A stretch of DNA of 32,000 bases from a virus: positions 1-32,000 of the IMG/VR virus record IMGVR_UViG_3300011724_000029. One strand, written 5' to 3'. A program made the position numbers and the translations under genes. The notes below the pieces were generated by a model. The model worked only from the letters and a program-made list of their open reading frames with translations. It searched no databases and was not told the DNA's origin. Positions 15,075 through 22,929 of this stretch are shown one piece after another. Position 1 is the first letter of the stretch; every line of letters begins with the position of its first letter.

Positions 15075-15776
15075 TTATTTTGCAGCAGCTATTAACTGCT
15101 TTGCTAAGTCTGGATTTTCTTTTAAAATACGGCCTTGTTCAGTTAGATTGAAATCAGGTCCTTTTTTCCAAGGATTCTTTTGCCCTCCACCTTTAGAACC
15201 TCCACCACCAGGTGGATTACTTCTTAGGCGATCATTTACGCCAGCCTCTACAGCCTCGCGGAAAGCTGTTTCAACTGCTACGATACTTGCGTTTGTTTTT
15301 TCAGCATCTGAGTAGTCAAGAATATCAGCAAGTTGTTTTGGTAGTTGTTTCTCTACAAGTGTTTCTATTGCTGTTGCTCGCAGTTCACGTCGTGTAATAT
15401 CTGATTCACGCTTCGACAGCTCTTCCTCACGCTTTTGACGTTCATACTCAGCCTTTTGCTCGGCATTCATTTTCGCCAACTTCTCGGCTTCTGTTTTAGC
15501 AGCCTCTAATTTTGTTTGATAATCTTTTTCCCACTTTGTTTGTGCCTTGCCAAGCCTTTCGCCAAGAATACGATCTATTTCAGCTTGTTGTTCTGGGGTG
15601 AATTCAACTTTAGCTGGTGGATCTGTAGGAGGGTCTACAGGGTCAGTTGGTGGATCAGCAAAGAATTGAATATTCAAAGGTAAATAAGACTCAAATGATT
15701 TAAATGCATTTATTCGCTGCCTCGGTTTGATAAACCACGATTTTATAAACAAGATTAATAGCTTTAAATAATTCAT
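15075..15776 (-). CDS. Scaffolding protein
   Basis: 'LNIQFFA' motif, a Pro/Thr/Asp repeat 'PPTDPVDPPTDPP', then a long charged coiled coil. GGGAGG lies 6 nt before the ATG at 15776. Confidence 0.75.
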   Translation of the reverse strand: MNYLKLLILFIKSWFIKPRQRINAFKSFESYLPLNIQFFADPPTDPVDPPTDPPAKVEFTPEQQAEIDRILGERLGKAQTKWEKDYQTKLEAAKTEAEKLAKMNAEQKAEYERQKREEELSKRESDITRRELRATAIETLVEKQLPKQLADILDYSDAEKTNASIVAVETAFREAVEAGVNDRLRSNPPGGGGSKGGGQKNPWKKGPDFNLTEQGRILKENPDLAKQLIAAAK

Positions 15777-15862
15777 ATTTTACCTCCCGTTTAACGCCCG
15801 TCGGCTATCTCCATGCGGCTTTTATAGTCATCAGCACGTTTTAGACAAAATAAAAAAGCCTC

Positions 15863-16180
15863 TTATTTCGCAACGGTTTCTGGCGGTTTATCTCTATAAA
15901 AATTTAAATTGTTGTTTTTTAGTACTTGATATAAAACTATAGATAACCGATTGACCATTTCCTCATCCTGTTCATCGTAGCCAGCTTCATTCAACATGGC
16001 ATGAACTAATTCGTGGATTAACACTTGTTCTTTCTTGCTCTCGCTCATTGAGGAATCAATATCAATTCTGGATTCAGCATAGATTACTTGTCCCATAAGA
16101 CTGTGTGTTTTAAGCAAACCTTCTTGATAGTGCACTGTATAATCAATACCAGCAACATTTACTTTTATCGGAATTGGCAT
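15863..16180 (-). CDS. Small HExxH (zinc-metallopeptidase-like) protein
   Basis: 'VLIHELVHAMLNEAGY' contains H-E-L-V-H. 105 aa, located between the MuF-like and scaffold genes. Confidence 0.55.
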   Translation of the reverse strand: MPIPIKVNVAGIDYTVHYQEGLLKTHSLMGQVIYAESRIDIDSSMSESKKEQVLIHELVHAMLNEAGYDEQDEEMVNRLSIVLYQVLKNNNLNFYRDKPPETVAK

Positions 16181-16184
16181 TTAA

Positions 16185-17234
16185 TCACCCTGCTTTCTCA
16201 TATTTTTCTTTCCATTGAGGAAACTTCATACTTGCTGGAACAAGCTCATTCTTTCCTGTTTTCGGATTTCTTGCCCTACGCTGAAGGTTCTTGAGTGTAT
16301 CTGGTCCGAAATATGCTCTTGTCGTTGAACGACAAAAAACATGCATTGGTGGCATGTTAACACCTGGCACAGCATCTTTCACTTTGTATACTTTACCGTC
16401 TTGTTCTTGGCATATATTAGATGTTTTATTATCAAGCGTTGCCATAAACATGTACTTGTCGATTTCAGCCTCAATATAGCTTTCCATTTCAGCAGCATTT
16501 GCCATGTAGGTAGTTTCTGTACGTATTAACCGGTTAGCAGCATGTTTTCCTACATTCATTCTTTCCATCAAATCAGTACGCATCTTGTTGATGCCTACCC
16601 CTGACATAAACCCGGCTGCAATAACTTCGGTTACTTGTTTTGCAAGTACATCTGTATTGCCCCATATCCGTTGACTAAAATGTTCACCACTCCAAGGATT
16701 TTTAAGAATGGTTTCGATTGTTCTTGTAGGCACGGTTGCGAATTCAAATCCTAACCCTATCCCTTTTTGTACATCAAACATGGTTCTGAAATAGGCATTC
16801 TTTATTGTTCTCATGTAACCTGCCGTACTCGCTCTTATTTCGGCATCAGCGACTATCTTGGATTGTAGGTAAGCATTCTCTTTCAACGCCTCTAAACGCG
16901 TAATACGAGCACCGTACGCTGGAGCATTCAGTCGATTAAGCATTTGTCGCCTTATCTTAGGATCACCTATATCTTTTATTTTGCTTTTAATTTCATTCCA
17001 TTCAGCTTTTGATATAGGTTCATTTAATACCTTCTTAGCTTCGTCAATAGTTAGATTGCCATCTTTGGCAAACTTCTCGAATATCTTATCAATACTCTTT
17101 TGCATATCCTTTTGTGCCTTATCATAAGCATTCGTAACTGTGAGGACAGTTGAATCAGCAGAACGATGATACTCGGCCATACGCTCCATCGCTCTTTTAT
17201 CCCAATAGGCATTAGTCCGTTGTTCCATCTGCAT
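16185..17234 (-). CDS. Minor head protein, SPP1 gp7 / Mu F family
   Basis: Lies immediately after the portal gene. The C-terminal region 'TLDNKTSNICQEQDGKVY...PPMHVFCRST' is typical of Phage_Mu_F. Confidence 0.8.
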   Translation of the reverse strand: MQMEQRTNAYWDKRAMERMAEYHRSADSTVLTVTNAYDKAQKDMQKSIDKIFEKFAKDGNLTIDEAKKVLNEPISKAEWNEIKSKIKDIGDPKIRRQMLNRLNAPAYGARITRLEALKENAYLQSKIVADAEIRASTAGYMRTIKNAYFRTMFDVQKGIGLGFEFATVPTRTIETILKNPWSGEHFSQRIWGNTDVLAKQVTEVIAAGFMSGVGINKMRTDLMERMNVGKHAANRLIRTETTYMANAAEMESYIEAEIDKYMFMATLDNKTSNICQEQDGKVYKVKDAVPGVNMPPMHVFCRSTTRAYFGPDTLKNLQRRARNPKTGKNELVPASMKFPQWKEKYEKAG

Positions 17235-18594
17235 TCACATACTTTGAAGTATCAATATTGTAGCCGAATTCTTGACGCGCTCTTTCCAAATCGTCCTTGA
17301 GTTGCTGTTTCAACTTTTTGATTTCTTCTGTCGTGTCCTCTACAAACGGCAAGATAGAAAGCAAAGTCTCATTGCTAACCAATCCTATTAATGAAACAAT
17401 TTCTTGAATAGTAAGCTCATTTTCTGGAAGGTTACGGATCATGGTAATTTTAGCATCTGAAACATCAACGGCTTTAGCTTTTACTTTCAGGATATTAGCA
17501 AACAACTTCAAACGTTCTCGTAGCCCTTGGATGTAATAACGCTCTTTGGTAACTGCCAATTGTTCAAGACCAAATAATTTATATTTCATGGCAACACCAG
17601 AACTATTAGAGGCGAAGTTTTCATCTGTTAGGTTTGGAACCATAGAAAACTCATGAATGTCTGATTTAATGGCATCCTTCAAGACCTCTACTTCGGTTTC
17701 ATTAAGATTTTTGATTAACCATCCGGCATCTGCACCTTCTGGAAGTTCGAGAATCTTGTGCTTTTTTATCATCCTAGCAGTATCTGTTTGTTCTTCCTCT
17801 GTATCTCCGAAAGAAACACCAGAAACCTTCAATAACGCATCTACTAGTTGTTCCTTATCGTTTACACGGTCAGATTGGAGCAAGTTATAAGCATCGATGA
17901 GGCTGATTTGTTGTTCAAAGTCACCTTGTTGCTCCTCGTTGTTCCAAAACTCTGTGACAGGGACGGCACCATAATAGTGGTTTTTAATATCTTGCATTTC
18001 AAAATCAGTTAAAGTGGAGCCAAAATATGAAACTATCAAATCTTGAGTGTAAACATTGATGTTATAGCCAATTACAGCATTATTGATATCTCTTTTTTCA
18101 TAGTAATGAACACCAAATAATGATCTGTATTCTACCGTATCATCAACAACTAAGAATATTTGTCGCGGATCTATAACAGTTACCTTTGGAATAGGAACTT
18201 CATCGCTACTCATAAAGTACAGCTCTAACCCTATACCGAATATTGATAGGTCCTTTGACATTTCTGAGTCATGGGAAACAATATCAATTTCTTTGTACAC
18301 TTCCATTATCTCGTCAATTTGTTTACCCTCGTATTTCACCGGCTTGCCAGAAACATATCCAACTGCAATATCCGTAATGTACTTCGCGTGGTTAGCCACA
18401 AGCTTGTTATTTGGCAGCCCCATATCCTCACCAGCAAGAGGACGATTTAAAATTGCATGCTTGCCTTTGTAATACTTTTCGAGCTTATTTAATCGCTCAA
18501 GACCTTCCTGGTGCTCTTTAATACAACTTGCTATGAGTGCAACTGGAATGTCATTAATGTCATCAATTAAATCTCTGTCACGAATAATAGCCAT
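17212..18594 (-). CDS. Portal protein (SPP1 gp6-like)
   Basis: 460 aa following TerL with a 4-nt gap. The overall sequence pattern fits SPP1-type portals. Confidence 0.85.
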   Translation of the reverse strand: MAIIRDRDLIDDINDIPVALIASCIKEHQEGLERLNKLEKYYKGKHAILNRPLAGEDMGLPNNKLVANHAKYITDIAVGYVSGKPVKYEGKQIDEIMEVYKEIDIVSHDSEMSKDLSIFGIGLELYFMSSDEVPIPKVTVIDPRQIFLVVDDTVEYRSLFGVHYYEKRDINNAVIGYNINVYTQDLIVSYFGSTLTDFEMQDIKNHYYGAVPVTEFWNNEEQQGDFEQQISLIDAYNLLQSDRVNDKEQLVDALLKVSGVSFGDTEEEQTDTARMIKKHKILELPEGADAGWLIKNLNETEVEVLKDAIKSDIHEFSMVPNLTDENFASNSSGVAMKYKLFGLEQLAVTKERYYIQGLRERLKLFANILKVKAKAVDVSDAKITMIRNLPENELTIQEIVSLIGLVSNETLLSILPFVEDTTEEIKKLKQQLKDDLERARQEFGYNIDTSKYVNADGTTD

Positions 18595-18598
18595 TTCA

Positions 18599-19891
18599 TC
18601 ACCTCAAACCTAACGCTGATTTTTTGCTTACTTTCAGTTTTACTTGACCTACTAAAATCGTATTAACGAAATATCTATCGCCATCTAATTGGTGGTCGTT
18701 TTGTTTAATTGGCTTATCTTCTCCGCGTTCAGCAGCTTTCGGGTCCCACATATAGGATGAAAACTCACGAAACGTTTCTTCGCATACATCGTTATATAAA
18801 ATCTTGCCCTCGATAAGAGCTGACGCTAGGTTACGTATGCCGTCTAACACTTCATTCTTGGCTTGTATTACGTTATATCTTGCTTGCTTTAATGCAGCTA
18901 TAAATGATGCAGCAGAAGGGTCAACGATGATTGCACTTGGTTTAATCGCACCTAAAAACTCTTTCATATCAGCAACGTATTCTTGGTCAGTTTTCTGTTT
19001 ACTTGTTTTACGGCCATCGTAGTGATACTCTTTCACCTTGTACCAAACGCCATCAAAAAAGCCCCACAGACCAAAAGTTGTAGGGTTCTGTGTCCCATAA
19101 TCGACACTTACATAGTATTTAGAGTATTTCCGTGGTTCTGTTTTAACACTGTGCAAGGCTTCATCAAACATATCGTAAATAAGGCCTTCTGCAAGCACCC
19201 ATAAACCAAGGATGAACCGTTGATAGAACACACCTTTATACATACGCTTATAACGCTCTTTGATACGTTGTGACAGTGACAAGTTGTCATCCATCGTAAA
19301 GTGTAAGTGCAGCATGTTCTTATCTTCTAATTGATCCAGATACTCTAATTTGAACCAATGATATGGCCCAGCAGGGTTACAGTTAAACCAGAACTTAGCA
19401 CCATCAACAGAACATCGAGCTGTTGCTTGGTTAACGAATGATTGAGGCATAAGTGCCACTTCATCAAAGAACATTCCAGCGAGTGTAATACCTTGGATAA
19501 GGTCTTGTGAAGCCTCGTCTTTTCCTCCGAATATATAAAAATAGTTCACTTTGCCATTTCGAGTGACAGTGAACATGTTTTCGGAACGATATTCTTTTAC
19601 TTTGTAGCCTCTGGACATCAGCATTCGTTTTAATGGCTTGAATACGTTACGACGGAACGAGCCGATTGTTTTACCAGCCATACCAAGGTTCTCATCCTCA
19701 AACGTCTCCATTGCCCACATAACGAACGATAGAGACATGACGACCGTTTTCCCTGCACGAACAGAACCGTCGCAAATAATACCGTCCTTGTCCTTGTGAG
19801 GGGAATTGGATTGCCACCATTTGAGTACTTTAAGTTGTTTCTTACTAAAAGGTTTGAATGTGAATAGAGCAGGTTTCTTTCGTTTACTCAT
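18599..19891 (-). CDS. terL: Terminase large subunit (PBSX/XtmB-like)
   Basis: Walker A 'GSVRAGKT' and 'FFDE' Walker B region. Size 430 aa. Overlaps TerS by 8 nt. Confidence 0.9.
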   Translation of the reverse strand: MSKRKKPALFTFKPFSKKQLKVLKWWQSNSPHKDKDGIICDGSVRAGKTVVMSLSFVMWAMETFEDENLGMAGKTIGSFRRNVFKPLKRMLMSRGYKVKEYRSENMFTVTRNGKVNYFYIFGGKDEASQDLIQGITLAGMFFDEVALMPQSFVNQATARCSVDGAKFWFNCNPAGPYHWFKLEYLDQLEDKNMLHLHFTMDDNLSLSQRIKERYKRMYKGVFYQRFILGLWVLAEGLIYDMFDEALHSVKTEPRKYSKYYVSVDYGTQNPTTFGLWGFFDGVWYKVKEYHYDGRKTSKQKTDQEYVADMKEFLGAIKPSAIIVDPSAASFIAALKQARYNVIQAKNEVLDGIRNLASALIEGKILYNDVCEETFREFSSYMWDPKAAERGEDKPIKQNDHQLDGDRYFVNTILVGQVKLKVSKKSALGLR

Positions 19892-20717
19892 CCCAATTCA
19901 CTTCCTTGCCTTCCAGTGCCTCTAAGAAACCATCATCCTCGAATTCATCTTCGTCATCACCATTCTCTTTACGAATAGCGATTTTTGATAATTCGATGTC
20001 TGTTTTCGTTTTCTCCATGTTAAGTTGCATCTGTTCAAGTTTAAGTCTGCGCTCGTCATCCTGATCCGCCATCTCAACAAATTGACGAATAGAAGAACGC
20101 AACTCCCCAATTGCTCTAGATTGAGCAGTGAGTAGTTGAGCCTGTCGTTCCCATGCGAATTGGAATTCATATTCTTCTTCTGTTACAGCCTTTTCTACGC
20201 CTCCACCATCCTCTTTAGAACGTGGATAGTATTCGTACTTTGCCTTTTTGAGCTCCTTAATTATTTCGTCTTTAGATTCGACGTGCATAATTCTTTGGGC
20301 CCTTATGATTGCAGCATACTGTATTTGTATCTGATCCCAGATTAAATCGGCTGGAGAACGTTCGTTCATTGCTTCCATGATTTCGAGTGTTTCCTCCGGC
20401 AGAAACTTCGAGAAGAAGCCGTGCTTCTCTGCGATTGAGTTGCGTTTTGGAAACTTAGGTGTTGGATTGGGATTACCTCTATTCCCCTTAGCATTGTCAT
20501 TGCCTTTTGGGGCTCCAACTTCATTTGGAACGTTCCGTTCATTTGATTGGAGCGTTCCATTCAATGTTTCGTCCCATTTATCTTTATTTTTCCATCCTCG
20601 GACGGTACCTTCACCTTTACCAAGTTGTACAGCAATATCTTTAAGTGGGATATCACCATTATGTTCTTTGTAAATTTCAAAAGCTTTATCTCGGTTTGGA
20701 TCTCTTTGTCTAGCCAT
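19884..20717 (-). CDS. terS: Terminase small subunit
   Basis: N-terminal HTH 'IPLKDIAVQLGKGEGTVRGWKNKDKW' is typical of Firmicute phage TerS. Lies directly upstream of TerL. Confidence 0.85.
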   Translation of the reverse strand: MARQRDPNRDKAFEIYKEHNGDIPLKDIAVQLGKGEGTVRGWKNKDKWDETLNGTLQSNERNVPNEVGAPKGNDNAKGNRGNPNPTPKFPKRNSIAEKHGFFSKFLPEETLEIMEAMNERSPADLIWDQIQIQYAAIIRAQRIMHVESKDEIIKELKKAKYEYYPRSKEDGGGVEKAVTEEEYEFQFAWERQAQLLTAQSRAIGELRSSIRQFVEMADQDDERRLKLEQMQLNMEKTKTDIELSKIAIRKENGDDEDEFEDDGFLEALEGKEVNWDE

Positions 20718-20765
20718 ATCTCATAAACACCACCTCCAGAACATATAATCTCCGTTCAAAAAATC

Positions 20766-20774
20766 TGTTATAAT
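20766..20774 (+). promoter_or_regulatory. Extended -10 element TGTTATAAT for the 20799 gene
   Basis: Exact TGnTATAAT located 25 nt upstream of the TTG start. No convincing -35. Confidence 0.5.
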
Positions 20775-20798
20775 GCTATTTGAAAGGAGTTGAATAAA

Positions 20799-20984
20799 TT
20801 GAAATTAGAAGAATTAGTTGGAAAATATATTAGAATAGAATATATAGATTCTAATAAAGATTTCGGTAACTTCGAAGGATTTGATAATGATTTAAAAATT
20901 ATTCATCTTCGAGATACTATAAACAAAGAAGATTTATTAATACCTTTATCCTCTGTGAAATCAATAACTGAAGTTTATACTTGA
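20799..20984 (+). CDS. 61-aa small protein with Sm-like/beta-barrel sequence pattern
   Basis: 'LVGKYIRIEYIDSNKDFGNFEGFDNDLKIIHL' resembles the LSm motif arrangement. The TTG at 20799 lies 9 nt after AAAGGAG, whereas the track TTG at 20790 abuts the SD. Confidence 0.55.
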   Translation: MKLEELVGKYIRIEYIDSNKDFGNFEGFDNDLKIIHLRDTINKEDLLIPLSSVKSITEVYT

Positions 20985-20991
20985 TTCATGC

Positions 20992-21021
20992 AGTCCTTTC
21001 CGTTTATGGGAAGGACTTTTT
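20992..21021 (+). terminator. Rho-independent terminator of the 20799 gene
   Basis: AGTCCTTTCC-GTTTAT-GGGAAGGACT (one G-U pair) followed by TTTT. Confidence 0.7.
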
Positions 21022-21091
21022 ACTCTCAAAAGTAAGTACCATTGCCCTAGCAGTGAAAGGGAGGAACTGTTCGATACTCACTTTTCAAGGC

Positions 21092-21119
21092 AAAATAAAA
21101 AACACCCAAAATGAGTGTT
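21092..21119 (-). terminator. Rho-independent terminator of the 21124..21696 gene
   Basis: The minus strand reads AACACTCA-TTT-TGGGTGTT followed by TTTTTATTTTG. Confidence 0.65.
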
Positions 21120-21123
21120 TTCA

Positions 21124-21696
21124 TCAATCTTCTCTAATTATTTCTATTAATTTATTTTTTTCTTTTTCATAATTTCCAATCAAATTAAGTATTATCTCCT
21201 CACAATCCTTATAGTATTCCAAAAAATCATATGGTTCGATTTGCTGATTAAATTTTAAATTTAAACCCATTAATAAATTTTCGAGATCTGTAGTTTTTTT
21301 ATAAAGTTGCGGACTGATACCTGCCGAAAGTTCAATAAAATTTGACTCCCTTATTAATTTTTCAGCCATTTTATATGTGTCATTAGGTTTTTGAAAAATA
21401 TCCATCCCTAAAAAATTAAAATTTTTCCATAATTCTTTCAAAAAACGAATATTATACGCTATTTTTTCTAATTTTATTGGAGCATCATTGATTTTTTTGC
21501 TCAAATTGTTATTTTCAATTGTTTTATTTACACCTATTAATGTAATAGACCCACCAATTACGGCCCCAACAAAAGCTATTATACCTGCCAATAGGGTAGT
21601 ATCTAGAGTTTTAAACTCTATAAGTACCATCCCCATTATTAGTAATGTAGTTAATGCTGTTATTGTAATAACAGTCAATTCGCTAATTTCTTTCAT
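21124..21696 (-). CDS. 190-aa membrane protein (two N-terminal TM segments + soluble C-terminal domain), function unknown
   Basis: GGGAGG lies 8 nt before the ATG at 21696. 'LTVITITALTTLLIMGMVLI' and 'LLAGIIAFVGAVIGGSITLIGV' are hydrophobic. AT-rich (17/60 G+C in line 21181..21240). Confidence 0.65.
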   Translation of the reverse strand: MKEISELTVITITALTTLLIMGMVLIEFKTLDTTLLAGIIAFVGAVIGGSITLIGVNKTIENNNLSKKINDAPIKLEKIAYNIRFLKELWKNFNFLGMDIFQKPNDTYKMAEKLIRESNFIELSAGISPQLYKKTTDLENLLMGLNLKFNQQIEPYDFLEYYKDCEEIILNLIGNYEKEKNKLIEIIRED

Positions 21697-21896
21697 AATA
21701 AAAACCTCCCACTCAATCATAAAGTGTTAGGCAACACATTGGAACAATTTTCTATAAATTTCACTCTCAAAACCACACCAAACTCAGCCCTATATAGCCA
21801 GTGCGCTTATTGCCGTAAAAACGCCCCACCCTACTGTCCCCTCGCTACTGACCATGTTATTTGAATTTGTATGGTTGTTTGATGCAGTTTTCAAAG

Positions 21897-21936
21897 CAAA
21901 ATAAAAAGCCCCATCGCATTGATGAAGGCTTTTTTC
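21897..21936. terminator. Bidirectional rho-independent terminator inside the ORF-poor region
   Basis: AGCCCCATC-GCATT-GATGAAGGCT is flanked by AAAATAAAAA upstream and TTTTTTC downstream. Confidence 0.65.
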
Positions 21937-22300
21937 TATTGTGGAATCCTATTTGTCGAGAGCTCACTTGCGACTCGTGGTAGAGCGACGCCACGTTATT
22001 TTGTAACGAATTGTGTTCTAGTTTTATAGTGCATTTCCGTGCACTTAGTAAGTTTGACCGAAATTATGGAAAGTGGACGAAGTTCACATATAAACCACTC
22101 CTTCAGTTTTATTTGCCTGTTCCCTATATCTCTTAAAAAATATGGGCCGGCAATGTATGTCATGCTCCGAACAAGTTTGCTCAGCGCGGGTCGGTCGTCG
22201 GTCTGTCTTTCCCTAATATTTAGGTTTTTATAAATACCAAGGGAGGAAAACATTGCCGCACCGACCTACCTCCAAGTTTATTTTATAAATATAGGTGGTT

Positions 22301-22795
22301 TCAACTATTCGTCATATGCGTTTTTTGCGTCATATGCGACACTTGCGCCATATCGTTTCCTATCATCATATTAATAATACTTTCTCTGATTCTTCTAATT
22401 GTTGCTTCTGATAGCCCCATTGTTTGCCCGATTTTACGCATTGAATAACCATCCAAAATGCAATTGAGTACAAATACCTCACGTTCTCCTATTACGTTGC
22501 TTGCACGGTGTTGAATCTCTCTAACCTTCCACTCATAACGTAATACACCATCAGTATAAAATTGTGCTCGTCGTGTAGCCTCGTAGCTCACTGGATCGCT
22601 GTTGCCACCACTAGCTTTCGGTAATGTTGCTTCGATTCCCCACATTGCCGTTTTAATGCCACTGTATTCGACTTCTTTGACCATTTCGTTTTTATTTTTT
22701 GCTATTTTGATTTGCAAGACCATCCAAGAATAATCCTTTAACCATTGATCCAACATATTCTTTTTCACTTCTGTTTTTTGCCCTTGTTTGCCCAT
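22301..22795 (-). CDS. Sigma-70 region-4-like phage late transcription regulator (Xpf/ArpU-type position)
   Basis: 'EREVFVLNCILDGYSMRKIGQTMGLSEATIRRIRESI' is a region-4 HTH pattern. AGGAGGG lies 8 nt before the ATG at 22795; the track start is 22882. Confidence 0.65.
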   Translation of the reverse strand: MGKQGQKTEVKKNMLDQWLKDYSWMVLQIKIAKNKNEMVKEVEYSGIKTAMWGIEATLPKASGGNSDPVSYEATRRAQFYTDGVLRYEWKVREIQHRASNVIGEREVFVLNCILDGYSMRKIGQTMGLSEATIRRIRESIINMMIGNDMAQVSHMTQKTHMTNS

Positions 22796-22817
22796 TAGGT
22801 TTGCCCTCCTAAGTTGT

Positions 22818-22845
22818 GTTATAATGGAGATGTTAGAACCGTCAA
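22818..22845 (-). promoter_or_regulatory. SigmaA-type promoter for the late regulator gene
   Basis: The minus strand reads TTGACG (22840..22845), a 16-nt spacer, then TATAAC (22818..22823). Confidence 0.55.
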
Positions 22846-22864
22846 AGGGCATAACCAATTCTAA

Positions 22865-22900
22865 GCTGTAGCGTCTGATCACGCTGCGGCTTTTTCTTTT
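22865..22900 (+). terminator. Plus-strand-specific rho-independent terminator
   Basis: GCTGTAGCGT (22865..22874) pairs with ACGCTGCGGC (22881..22890): 10 bp with two G-U pairs and a 6-nt loop, then TTTTTCTTTTC. On the minus strand the G-U pairs become C-A mismatches and no T-run follows. Confidence 0.6.
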
Positions 22901-22929
22901 CTATTTACTGCGCAAATTCCTCATATTGT

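Noticed and set aside
15657-15776. Shortening the scaffold gene to start near the LNIQFFA motif (TTG at L34)
   Set aside because: No RBS precedes that TTG, whereas GGGAGG sits 6 nt before the ATG at 15776. I kept the long form and flagged the unusual leader in the findings.
21960-22000. tRNA-like 'ggtagagc' string
   Set aside because: No acceptor stem, anticodon arm or GTTCRANYC T-loop can be built around it on either strand.
21996-22253. 85-aa minus-strand ORF and the overlapping 64-aa plus-strand ORF (22039..22233)
   Set aside because: They overlap each other on opposite strands, and neither has a correctly spaced RBS (GGAGG lies 16 nt from the ATG at 22253). I recognise no family motif in either. 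I left them uncalled and reported the region as ORF-poor instead.
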